Source: Escherichia coli (GTDB lineage Bacteria; Pseudomonadota; Gammaproteobacteria; Enterobacterales; Enterobacteriaceae). Taken from it: a stretch of 64,000 bases of DNA. This document shows positions 11,104 to 20,342 of the stretch, piece by piece (positions within the stretch are counted from its first letter, which is position 1; each line of letters starts with the position of its first letter). Position numbers and translations under genes: made by a program. The stretch lies in assembly GCF_029227855.1 (NCBI RefSeq), contig NZ_CP074356.1; one strand, given 5' to 3'. The notes below the pieces were generated by a model that saw only the letters and a program-made list of their open reading frames with translations, did no database searches and was not told the DNA's origin.

Positions 11104-12024
11104 TTACGCCAGAACCCTCTCTAGCTTATTCACCGCCGCCACATACTTCGCCGGATTTTTATCTTTAAGCACCGCCAGATTGCGTTGCTTCCAGCGAATA
11201 GCCGGAAGATGCTGAATTTCAGGATAGCGATACCGCGACCAGTCAGGGCTGTTTTGCTTAAAACTGAGCAAGAACTCGCGATCCAGATCCGTAAGATGTG
11301 ACTTCAACGCCTGCGGCAGCAAAGTCGTTACTGACAGAAGCGATTCCAGCGACGTTTCCTGTTGCGTCATCCCTGAAAATTCCTGCGCGTACAACGTGGC
11401 GATCCGCTCTGTATCCCAGTTTGGAGCCAGCAACTCGGCGATGGGGCGGGGATGGCCTGCCAGATAACAAAGAAAACCGTCAAAGATCTCCCGCATCAGT
11501 CCCGGTTTCTCCAGCATATTCAGCACATCAAACAGATCGCGCGGGTGCTGACGATCAAGCGCAGCGCAGATTTTACCGCCATAAAGATCCGCCAGCGAGA
11601 CGACACTCATGGTGGTGAAGCCATACTCCATTTCCACACGTTCGCACACAGGCATTTCTGCCGGAGGCAACAACAGCCCGCGCCAGACCGGGCTAACCTC
11701 GATCTTAATCTTTGCATCAGCGGTATTCACAATGATGCGCTTTTCATCCGCTTTATTTTCCTGCCGAATCGCGGTGATCCCCGGTCTGCCGTTCAGCGAT
11801 GCAGTAATCCTCTTCAAAGCGTCGTTGATAGCCGCCAAATCAGTATCGCGATCCGCAAAGCTCTTGTACGCCAGATCAATATCCACCGACAGACGGGGAA
11901 AATCCTGCACAAACAAATTGATTGCGGTGCCGCCTTTCAACGCGAAACAGGACTCCTTCGCCACATACGGCAGAGCGGCCATCAACAGTTTGACCTGCCG
12001 GGCATAGCTATCACGCAGATCCAT
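11104..12024 (-). CDS. abiEii: AbiEii-type nucleotidyltransferase toxin (DUF1814 family)
   Basis: 306 aa; NTase motif GGTAINLF...RLSVDIDL; 14-nt overlap with upstream partner. Confidence 0.7.
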   Translation of the reverse strand: MDLRDSYARQVKLLMAALPYVAKESCFALKGGTAINLFVQDFPRLSVDIDLAYKSFADRDTDLAAINDALKRITASLNGRPGITAIRQENKADEKRIIVNTADAKIKIEVSPVWRGLLLPPAEMPVCERVEMEYGFTTMSVVSLADLYGGKICAALDRQHPRDLFDVLNMLEKPGLMREIFDGFLCYLAGHPRPIAELLAPNWDTERIATLYAQEFSGMTQQETSLESLLSVTTLLPQALKSHLTDLDREFLLSFKQNSPDWSRYRYPEIQHLPAIRWKQRNLAVLKDKNPAKYVAAVNKLERVLA

Positions 12025-12814
12025 CTTCGACTCCTTCCGGTTTAAATGCGCGTGGAACAGTAATTTGATAATCCGGCTCCAGCCAGCCGCCGGGTATGAT
12101 TTGCCGCTTTCCCGTACCTGTTTCTATACCGCTTTGATCAATATACTGAAAATAAGGGTGTCCATTACGCCGGGCAAGGTAAAGCATCACCCGGTTGGTT
12201 TTAACCGAATGGCTGGCGCGAAGCAGTGCCTGCAATTTGCGTGGGCTGAGAAGATTCAACCCCTGAAACAGAGCATCGGCATGTTCGAACGAGATTAACG
12301 AAGGAACGCCGCAGGCGATCTCATACGCGGCCAGTTCCGGAACACTGCCTGCTAACTGGCGGTCGCCAATTTTCAGTTCCGTAGTAAATGGCGTTACATC
12401 AGCGGTAAGGCCTGACGTATACAGCGTGACAAACGTTGCGGATTGTTCAAAGGCAGAAAACCATCCCGGCAGTTTGACGTAAGCCGGAAGCGCGAGCCAG
12501 ACCTGCGGCTTACCCTGTTCGGTATAGTGCGCATGACCCTGAAGCGCAAGGCTGGTTAGCCCCGCCACCCGAACAGGCTTTTCCCACTGCGATTGCAGGC
12601 AGTAAACCGCATCCACCCAATCCGGTTCACGACCCGTCCGGCAGTATACGCCGTGAGCGATCCGCCTGAGCCAGCCATTCTTCACATAGAGATAAGAGAG
12701 CTTACGATCTATGCCGTTGCGGGTAAGCCATGACTGGAGCAGCACCTGGCCGGGTAGCGTGTGCTGCATCAGCCAGTTTAGATAGTTTGGCAACTGTCGC
12801 CTCTGAATAGACAT
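12011..12814 (-). CDS. abiEi: AbiEi-type antitoxin / transcriptional regulator
   Basis: 267 aa; sits immediately upstream of and overlapping the NTase gene, the usual AbiE arrangement. Confidence 0.6.
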   Translation of the reverse strand: MSIQRRQLPNYLNWLMQHTLPGQVLLQSWLTRNGIDRKLSYLYVKNGWLRRIAHGVYCRTGREPDWVDAVYCLQSQWEKPVRVAGLTSLALQGHAHYTEQGKPQVWLALPAYVKLPGWFSAFEQSATFVTLYTSGLTADVTPFTTELKIGDRQLAGSVPELAAYEIACGVPSLISFEHADALFQGLNLLSPRKLQALLRASHSVKTNRVMLYLARRNGHPYFQYIDQSGIETGTGKRQIIPGGWLEPDYQITVPRAFKPEGVEDGSA

Positions 12815-13108
12815 TAGTACAAATATTTAAACCAGTGTAGATTCAGGGATACGCCACAGCAAGAAATAGTTTACTTATTCCTCATTTTGTCGACTAAAAA
12901 TCGACATTAAACAAAAAATTCAAACTTAATCACTTTCGGGAAAAATGTGACAAATATATGCTCGGACTGGTTGCGGGGAGCGTGTAACATGGATACAAAT
13001 CAAAATTATTGCCAGCCTCACTGATGGATTACTGGTGTCAAGAGCCCCCCTTCGGGCATGAAACGGCTGGCTAATTCTGTACAGACTGTAATCTAAGGAC
13101 GATAACGC

Positions 13109-14884
13109 ATGACATATCAGGCAATTTTCACTGGCTGGGATGATCTGACGATTGAAGACCTTCTGGTCGCTTACCGGAAAGCAAAAGCCGATAGCTTCTT
13201 TGAGAATACATTTCCTGTTGCTATCAAATTTGCCGAGTATGAGCAGGAATTACTTGAAAACCTGCAAAAACTCTTAGATCTTTTGCAGAGCGAAGATGGA
13301 TTCAGTAGCAATAAGAAGTTGATTGGCAAATTTCGTTTGTTACCGAAAAAATTAACCACAAAGAAAAAACATGAATCCCAAAATGGACACGTCCACTTTT
13401 CTAATCCTAAACGAGCAGCCGACCATTTATTTAATAATTTTGATCTGATACCAGAGTTTCGTATTATTGGTGACTTCCCGGTTGATAGTCACATTATCTC
13501 TGCACTATGGATTAACATGGTCGGGCATAAATTTGATGCCAGCTTAGATAACTGTTGCTATGGCGCGCGGCTAAAGCGTATTCGTAATGATGAATTATTT
13601 AGCGATGAGCAGGATAATCCATTCCATATCAGTGCCGTGGGTTCTTTTAGCCCCTACTTCCAGCCCTACCAAAAATGGCGTGGTGATGGCTTAAAAGCTA
13701 TACGTGACGAGTTGGAAAAAGATCGTGACATTATCGCCGCCTCACTGGATTTAAAAAGTTACTATCATTTTATTGATCCACTGGCTATAACCTCTGATGA
13801 TCTCTATAACACACTAAACATAAAACTGACTGAGGATGAAAAAGCGTTTACTGCACAGTTAGCAGTATTCTTAAAGCACTGGTCTGACGGCGCAGCGGCA
13901 TTTGGAAAGAAAATAGCGTACAAAACACCTGTTATTAATGGTGGTCTGGTCATTGGATTAACAGCCAGTCGGATCATTTCAAATATATTGCTACACCATT
14001 GGGATAAATTAGTCATTGAAAAACTATCACCAATTCACTACGGTCGTTATGTCGATGATATGTTCCTTGTAATACGCGATACAGGGACAATTACTAATAA
14101 TCACGAATTTATGTTATTGCTGCAAGATAGGCTTGGCAATGATTGCGTTTATTTGAAAAACGAGCAAAAACAAATATGGCAAATACAGCAGGGCGAGCAT
14201 TTCCAGGGTAAGACCACCATCCAGTTACAATCCGATAAGCAAAAACTTTTCGTGCTTCAAGGGAGGGCTGGAATAGACCTGCTCGACAGTATCGAAAAGG
14301 AGATCTACGAGCTTTCTAGTGAACACCGCTTGATGCCTTCACCGGATCAACTGGAACACTCCACCGCAGCTAAAGTCCTTTCCGCTGCCGGTAGTGTAGG
14401 TGAAAATGCCGATACTCTGCGCCGTGCGGATGGATTAACCATTCGTCGTTTGGGCTGGTCACTGCAATTACGCTACGTTGAAACACTGGCACGAGATCTG
14501 CCTCCAAGTGAATGGAAAGAACAGCGGGAAGAGTTTTATCAGTTTGCCTACAACCATATTCTTAGGGCTGATAATCTATTTGCACATTTTAGTTATCTGC
14601 CAAGGCTGCTTGGCTTTGCTATCAGTATGAATGAATGGCAGCACGCGGAAAAAATTGTACTTAAAGCTTACGAATCCATCAACCTGTTGGCATCGGTGAT
14701 TACTTCAGGTAAGGAAGTGAATATAAATGGTTGCAAAACTCGAGCAGTAAATGATCTTTGGCGCTGTATAAAAGGCACATTAAGCTGGCTATTTGTTGAT
14801 GCAGCGACACGATATTACAGTCCTGACAGATTATTTCTTGATAAACGTTCAAAGAAAGAAGAGTGCCTTGCGGATACATTTTAA
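13109..14884 (+). CDS. Reverse transcriptase (UG/Abi-type defence RT); likely the N-terminal part of an RT-nitrilase fusion interrupted at a T4 tract
   Basis: 591 aa; RT motifs in order: FRLLPKK (motif 1), LDLKSYYHFID (A), GGLVIGLTASRIISNIL (B'), YGRYVDDMFLV (C, YxDD); stop codon TAA begins inside TTTT at 14879-14882. Confidence 0.8.
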   Translation: MTYQAIFTGWDDLTIEDLLVAYRKAKADSFFENTFPVAIKFAEYEQELLENLQKLLDLLQSEDGFSSNKKLIGKFRLLPKKLTTKKKHESQNGHVHFSNPKRAADHLFNNFDLIPEFRIIGDFPVDSHIISALWINMVGHKFDASLDNCCYGARLKRIRNDELFSDEQDNPFHISAVGSFSPYFQPYQKWRGDGLKAIRDELEKDRDIIAASLDLKSYYHFIDPLAITSDDLYNTLNIKLTEDEKAFTAQLAVFLKHWSDGAAAFGKKIAYKTPVINGGLVIGLTASRIISNILLHHWDKLVIEKLSPIHYGRYVDDMFLVIRDTGTITNNHEFMLLLQDRLGNDCVYLKNEQKQIWQIQQGEHFQGKTTIQLQSDKQKLFVLQGRAGIDLLDSIEKEIYELSSEHRLMPSPDQLEHSTAAKVLSAAGSVGENADTLRRADGLTIRRLGWSLQLRYVETLARDLPPSEWKEQREEFYQFAYNHILRADNLFAHFSYLPRLLGFAISMNEWQHAEKIVLKAYESINLLASVITSGKEVNINGCKTRAVNDLWRCIKGTLSWLFVDAATRYYSPDRLFLDKRSKKEECLADTF

Positions 14885-16316
14885 TCATATTTCACAAAGT
14901 CTGACGAATCTAAAGGATTTACTGGATCTTCGCTTTGATTCAGCAGATTTTTATTTAAAAGCGCCATTGGTAGCTCGAGCTGATTTAGCAAAGGAACCTT
15001 ATAAACAGATCGTAAAGAGTCAGTCGGCAGAAAAACTTGTTAATCAGCGTGATAGTAAAAAAGAAGTTAAAATACTGAAATTAATGAGCGACTCATCGCT
15101 TATTGATATTGACGTTATTAAGCTATTTTTGAAATCAACCAAGAATACCCGACTGGAAAAAGTGGCTAAAGGAAATCGTAAGAACGAAAGTTACCTACCT
15201 TACATTTTCCCTACACGTCCTTTAACACCCGCTGAAATATCAGAACTGGCCCCCGAATGTGTTGGATTACCCTCCACATCCGACAAAAAACCAGATGAGA
15301 GACCGTCCACCATTTGGGCAAAATATACTCAAGCATTACGCGGAGTATGGATCAAACCGACGTTGCTAGCATCGGAGCAGGACTCAGATGAAGCGACAAA
15401 AAAAGCTCGGCCTAAGAAATTCATTCATATTGGCACAGACAGGAAACATAAAGTTGTCGTTGCGCTAACCAGCATTAAAACAGAGGAGGACGACTGGGCT
15501 AAAATGGCCTGCAATAAATCTAACTTGTCCCGTTCAAGGTACCAGCGGATTTCTGAACTGGTTAATGCAACATTGAAACTATCTCCTAAACCTGATTATG
15601 TTTTATTCCCTGAGCTTTCAATCCCGTTACGCTGGGTTAACAGTATTGCTGATCGTTTGAGTTCGGCGGGTATCAGTCTAATTGCGGGAACAGAATACCG
15701 CCACTTAGACGATAATCAACTGAAGAGTGAGGCCGTACTTGTCCTTTCAGATAACAGACTCGGCTATCCAGCGAGTGTCAAAATATGGCAACCCAAGCTG
15801 GAACCCGCCGTAGGTGAAGATGAGGCATTATTTTCAACTTATGGTAAGTCTTGGGATTCGACACTTAATGTTAAACAACGTAAGCCGGTATATATTCATC
15901 ACGGCGTCAATTTTGGCGTTATGATTTGCTCTGAACTCCAGAATAGTAAAGCGAGGATCCGTTTTCAGGGCGCACTCGATGCATTAATGGTATTGAGCTG
16001 GAATAAAGATCTAGATACGTTTGCATCGTTGATTGAATCAGCAGCGCTGGATATTCATGCCTATACTATTTTAGTGAATAACCGAAAATACGGCGATAGT
16101 CGCGTACGTTCCCCGGCAAAAGAACCCTTTATGCGTGATATTGCTCGTGTGAAGGGCGGTGATAATGACTTTGTGGTCGCTGCAACGCTGGATATCGACT
16201 CGTTAAGGGCATTTCAGAGCAGGGCAAAACGCTGGCCTAAAGGCGGCGATAAATTCAAACCGTTACCTGAAGGATTCCAGTTGGCAAAGAACCGCAAAAA
16301 GCTACCGCCAAAATAA
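14793..16316 (+). CDS. Nitrilase / CN-hydrolase domain protein; probable C-terminal part of the RT-nitrilase protein (frame +1 relative to the RT ORF)
   Basis: 507 aa as called (TTG start, no convincing RBS); nitrilase-like triad context YVLFPELSIP (Glu), VKIWQPK (Lys), GVMICSELQN (Cys); overlaps RT ORF by 92 nt. Confidence 0.75.
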   Translation: MLMQRHDITVLTDYFLINVQRKKSALRIHFNHISQSLTNLKDLLDLRFDSADFYLKAPLVARADLAKEPYKQIVKSQSAEKLVNQRDSKKEVKILKLMSDSSLIDIDVIKLFLKSTKNTRLEKVAKGNRKNESYLPYIFPTRPLTPAEISELAPECVGLPSTSDKKPDERPSTIWAKYTQALRGVWIKPTLLASEQDSDEATKKARPKKFIHIGTDRKHKVVVALTSIKTEEDDWAKMACNKSNLSRSRYQRISELVNATLKLSPKPDYVLFPELSIPLRWVNSIADRLSSAGISLIAGTEYRHLDDNQLKSEAVLVLSDNRLGYPASVKIWQPKLEPAVGEDEALFSTYGKSWDSTLNVKQRKPVYIHHGVNFGVMICSELQNSKARIRFQGALDALMVLSWNKDLDTFASLIESAALDIHAYTILVNNRKYGDSRVRSPAKEPFMRDIARVKGGDNDFVVAATLDIDSLRAFQSRAKRWPKGGDKFKPLPEGFQLAKNRKKLPPK

Positions 16317-16478
16317 GAAACTGATTTTCGCTATTAATAATCAGGGTATTTTTGCGTGAGATGTCGGTAAACATGATGTAGCCCTTGCCACTCATGACCA
16401 ATCGCAGTATCTTTCTCCCGCGCCTGCAAAATCAGGCGTCGGGATTAGCCTCCTGAAGAAATCTTATCGGCGACACAT

Positions 16479-16500
16479 GACGCGCCAGCGTCTTTTTTTG
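16479..16500 (+). terminator. Possible intrinsic terminator downstream of the nitrilase ORF
   Basis: Short GC hairpin GACGC-GCCA-GCGTC followed by T7. Confidence 0.3.
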
Positions 16501-16662
16501 TGTTGTTCGCACGGTTACATCTCAATGGTGGGCCGGGCGGGGGCGTCGCAAGACGCGCCAGTGTCCGATAAGGCTGGTAAGGCTAACCCTGCCCGGTTCC
16601 ACCACCCGCGAGATTAGCCTCTCCGGTGGTGGCTTGAACACCCACTTATCGGAGGTTGCCCT

Positions 16663-17133
16663 ATGGCTACAATCCTCACCACTGACAGCGATTTACTCGA
16701 TCTATTGACCGTCCCCTTCAATGCCACCACGGATTTCACTGTCCTTGCTGACTACTGCGCCCGCTTTGCCGAAACCCTGATTGAAACCGACGATCCAGCG
16801 CTACGACTGGCGCTCTGCGGGCGGCTTCACGCGGCTCTTGCGCTACTGCAACCCACACTACACGACCCCATCCCACCGCATCTTACCGAAAGCCTGACCG
16901 TGGATACCCTTCCCGCCACACCAGAGCACTTTATTTCCGAACCTGATTCCTTGTGCGAATACTGCCTCGCACTACTCCAGCTTCTGCTGGAACGTCCGGC
17001 GGAACCAAAAATGGAGCAAACCCTGACCGGGCTGCTGTGTGAGCTGGTCTGGTATTTCACGGAAGGACTCAAAGCCCCACGCTGGCTGCGTACCGCCGAC
17101 GGCGTAAAATTTATCAGCGAGGTGGCCGCATGA
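16663..17133 (+). CDS. Hypothetical protein, no recognisable domain
   Basis: 156 aa ORF with a good RBS (GGAGG); stop overlaps the start of the Ner-like fragment. Confidence 0.5.
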   Translation: MATILTTDSDLLDLLTVPFNATTDFTVLADYCARFAETLIETDDPALRLALCGRLHAALALLQPTLHDPIPPHLTESLTVDTLPATPEHFISEPDSLCEYCLALLQLLLERPAEPKMEQTLTGLLCELVWYFTEGLKAPRWLRTADGVKFISEVAA

Positions 17134-17270
17134 TGCAACAGGACTGGCATTCCGCCGACATTATTGCGGTGCTGAAAAAGCGGGGAACGCCTCTGGCGGC
17201 ACAGAGAAAAACTCATTGCGGAAGCGCTGTAAATATCGCCAGAAATCATCTGGCCTTCAAGGTACTTTGA
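17130..17270 (+). pseudogene. Ner/Nlp-like DNA-binding protein gene, internally deleted and frameshifted
   Basis: N-terminus [24 protein letters not shown] is Ner/Nlp-like; similarity then breaks, and a second Ner-like stretch (REKLIAEAL) appears in another frame. Confidence 0.5.
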
Positions 17271-17311
17271 TAGCAAAGGCAAGCAGGCTGGTTCAGTCCA
17301 GTGTTTCTCTT

Positions 17312-17410
17312 CTTGCATTTTCAGAAATGGGAGGCTGGGAGTCTATCGAAATGGTTCGTCGATATGCTCACCTCGCGCCTAATCACCTTACCGAACACGC
17401 ACGGCAAATA
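17312..17410 (+). pseudogene. C-terminal remnant of a tyrosine integrase gene
   Basis: Peptide [30 protein letters not shown] matches the conserved C-terminal region around the catalytic Tyr (RYAHL) of phage integrases; no upstream integrase sequence present. Confidence 0.55.
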
Positions 17411-17496
17411 GACTCAGTCCTGAACCCATCGGTCCCAAATTTGTCCCAGTCAAAAAATAAGGAAGGTACTAATGATGTGTAACTTATTGATTTTAA

Positions 17497-17572
17497 TGGT
17501 GCCGATAAGAGGAGTCGAACCTCCGACCTTCGCATTACGAATGCGCTGCTCTACCAACTGAGCTATATCGGC
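17497..17572 (-). tRNA. thrW: tRNA-Thr, anticodon CGU
   Basis: 76-nt cloverleaf GCCGATATAGCTCAGTTGGTAGAGCAGCGCATTCGTAATGCGAAGGTCGGAGGTTCGACTCCTCTTATCGGCACCA with encoded CCA; anticodon loop CATTCGTAATG. Confidence 0.9.
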
Positions 17573-17686
17573 CCTGAAAGGACATGTTCACGAACGTGAA
17601 TCACGGTGGACAAGGTTAAAACTAACCGGGCGATGCGTCAATGGCCTTGTGAATCAAATGGCTACTTTTGCATCACCCGGTTTTAT

Positions 17687-18940
17687 TTACGCACGAATGG
17701 TGTAATCACCAATGCCGATCCACTTGTAAGTGGTCAGTGCTTCCAGCCCCATTGGGCCACGCGCGTGGAGTTTTTGTGTGCTTACCGCCACTTCCGCACC
17801 CAGTCCAAACTGGCCGCCGTCGGTAAAACGCGTAGAGGCGTTAACGTAAACAGCGGACGAATCCACTTCGTTAACAAAACGCTGGGCGTTGCGCATATCG
17901 CGGGTCAGGATCGCATCGGAGTGTTGTGTGCCGTGTTCACGAATATGGGCGATGGCATCGTCAAGATCGCTGACGATTTTGACGTTCAAATCTAATGACA
18001 GAAACTCATCGTCATACTCTTCGGCTTTAACAGCCACCACCTTCGCGGGGCCTGCCTGCAACTGCGCCAGCGCAGCTACATCTGCGTGTAATGTCACGCC
18101 GCTTTCCGCCATTTGCTTGCTTAATGCGGGCAGGAAGCTATCGGCGATGTTTTTATTTACCAGCAACGTTTCTACCGTATTACATGTGCTCGGACGCTGA
18201 GTTTTCGCGTTGACAATTACTTTCAGGGCTTCAGCGATCTCTGCACTTTCATCAACGTAAATATGGCATACGCCTATACCGCCTGTGATCACCGGGATTG
18301 TCGACTGTTCGCGGCACAGCTTATGCAGGCCAGCGCCACCACGCGGGATCAGCATGTCGATGTATTTATCCATACGCAGCATTTCACTGACCAGCGCGCG
18401 GTCAGGATTATCAATCGCCTGTACTGCGCCTGCCGGTAAATCGCAGGATTTCAGGGCGTCCTGAATCACCGCCACCGTTGCAGCGTTAGTGCGACAGGTT
18501 TCTTTGCCACCACGCAGGATCACTGCGTTACCGGTTTTCAGGCACAGCGAAGCGACATCAACCGTCACGTTCGGGCGAGCTTCATAAATCACGCCAATCA
18601 CCCCCAGCGGTACGCGACGACGCTCCAGACGCAGACCGCTGTCCAGCACACCACCATCAATCACCTGCCCCACCGGATCGGCGAGGTTGCACACCTGGCG
18701 CACATCATCGGCAATGCCTTTCAGCCGTGCGGGCGTCAGTGCCAGACGGTCAAGCATCGCTTCGCTAAGGCCATTGGCACGCGCGTCAGCAACATCCTGG
18801 GCGTTAGCGTTGAGGATGATTTCGCTTTGTGCTTCCAGTTCATCGGCGATTTTTTCCAGCACGCGATTTTTTTCGCGACTGGAGAGTTGCGCTAATTTAT
18901 ACGAGGCTTGCTTCGCGGCAATGCCCATTTGTTCCAGCAT
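17687..18940 (-). CDS. proA: Gamma-glutamyl phosphate reductase
   Basis: 417 aa; aldehyde dehydrogenase-family catalytic Cys region; conserved proBA operon. Confidence 0.9.
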   Translation of the reverse strand: MLEQMGIAAKQASYKLAQLSSREKNRVLEKIADELEAQSEIILNANAQDVADARANGLSEAMLDRLALTPARLKGIADDVRQVCNLADPVGQVIDGGVLDSGLRLERRRVPLGVIGVIYEARPNVTVDVASLCLKTGNAVILRGGKETCRTNAATVAVIQDALKSCDLPAGAVQAIDNPDRALVSEMLRMDKYIDMLIPRGGAGLHKLCREQSTIPVITGGIGVCHIYVDESAEIAEALKVIVNAKTQRPSTCNTVETLLVNKNIADSFLPALSKQMAESGVTLHADVAALAQLQAGPAKVVAVKAEEYDDEFLSLDLNVKIVSDLDDAIAHIREHGTQHSDAILTRDMRNAQRFVNEVDSSAVYVNASTRFTDGGQFGLGAEVAVSTQKLHARGPMGLEALTTYKWIGIGDYTIRA

Positions 18941-18951
18941 CGGCCAGCTCC

Positions 18952-20055
18952 TTAACGGGTAATCATGTCATCACGGTGAACGGCAACCGGGCCGTATTCA
19001 TATCCCAGTATTGCATCTATTTCTTGCGAGTGGTGTCCGGCAATACGGCGTAATGCATCGCTGTTGTAACGACTGACGCCGTGGGCGATATCGCGACCTT
19101 CGAGGTTACAAATGCGGATCACTTCACCACGCGAGAAGTTGCCAGTCACGCTTTTAATACCTTTCGGCAACAGGGAGCTGCCGCGTTCAAGAATGGCGGC
19201 GGTTGCCCCTTCATCTACCGTGATTTCACCCGCAGGTGGTGCACCGAAAATCCAGCGTTTACGGTTTTCAAGCGGGGTCGCCTGGGCATGGAACAGCGTA
19301 CCGACGGAAATGCCTTCCATCACGTCACCAATAACGCCCGGCTTGCTGCCCGCGGCAATAATGGTGTCGATACCCGCACGGCAAGCCACGTCCGCGGCCT
19401 GCAATTTGGTACTCATGCCGCCAGTTCCGAGGCCTGAAACGCTGTCGCCAGCAATCGCGCGCAGTGCGTCATCAATGCCGTAAACATCTTTAATCAGTTC
19501 TGCCTGCGGATTGCTGCGCGGGTCAGCGGTATACAAACCTTTTTGATCGGTCAGCAGCAACAGTTTATCGGCACCCGCCAGAATCGCCGCCAGCGCAGAA
19601 AGGTTATCGTTATCGCCGACCTTAATCTCTGCAGTCGCGACAGCATCGTTCTCATTGATTACCGGAACGATATTGTTATCGAGCAACGCACGCAGGGTGT
19701 CGCGGGCGTTCAGGAAGCGTTCACGGTCTTCCATATCAGCACGGGTCAGCAGCATTTGCCCGACGTGAATGCCATAAATAGAAAACAGCTGTTCCCACAG
19801 TTGAATCAGTCGACTCTGCCCTACCGCCGCCAGCAGTTGTTTCGAGGCGATAGTCGCTGGTAGTTCTGGGTAACCCAGGTGCTCACGTCCGGCGGCAATC
19901 GCGCCCGACGTCACAATAACAATCCGATGCCCGGCGGCATGTAACTGCGCGCACTGGCGAACGAGTTCAACAATATGGGCACGGTTCAGGCGGCGCGATC
20001 CGCCTGTTAGCACACTGGTGCCGAGTTTTACCACCAGCGTCTGGCTGTCACTCAT
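18952..20055 (-). CDS. proB: Glutamate 5-kinase
   Basis: 367 aa from [16 protein letters not shown]; the track ORF carries a 29-codon upstream extension that is probably not translated. Confidence 0.9.
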
Positions 20056-20243
20056 GATTCTCTGCCATTCAATTTTAGGAAAAATGATATCAAACGAACG
20101 TTTTAGCAGGACTGTCGTCGGTTGCCAACCATCTGCGAGCAAAGCATGGTGTTTTGTTGCGCGGGATCAGCAAGCGTAGCGGCAGTTGTTTACGCTTTTA
20201 TTACAGATTTAATAAATTACCACATTTTAAGAATATTATTAAT

Positions 20244-20267
20244 CTGTAATATATCTTTAACAATCTC
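20244..20267 (+). promoter_or_regulatory. Pho box (PhoB binding site) of the phoE promoter
   Basis: CTGTAATATATCTTTAACAATCTC about 80 nt upstream of the phoE start, resembling the CTGTCAT-type tandem Pho box. Confidence 0.5.
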
Positions 20268-20342
20268 AGGTTAAAAACTTTCCTGTTTTCAACGGGACTC
20301 TCCCGCTGAATATTCGCGCGTTAATTAAAATCAGGAATGAAA

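Noticed and set aside
16455-16655. CTTATCGG motifs resembling the thrW 3' end as possible att repeats
   Set aside because: Only 8-10 nt match and they are inverted relative to thrW; not convincing as attachment sites without comparative data.
17216-17482. 88-aa ORF next to the tRNA as an intact small gene
   Set aside because: Only its middle matches an integrase C-terminus; it has no N-terminal integrase domains, so it is called a remnant.
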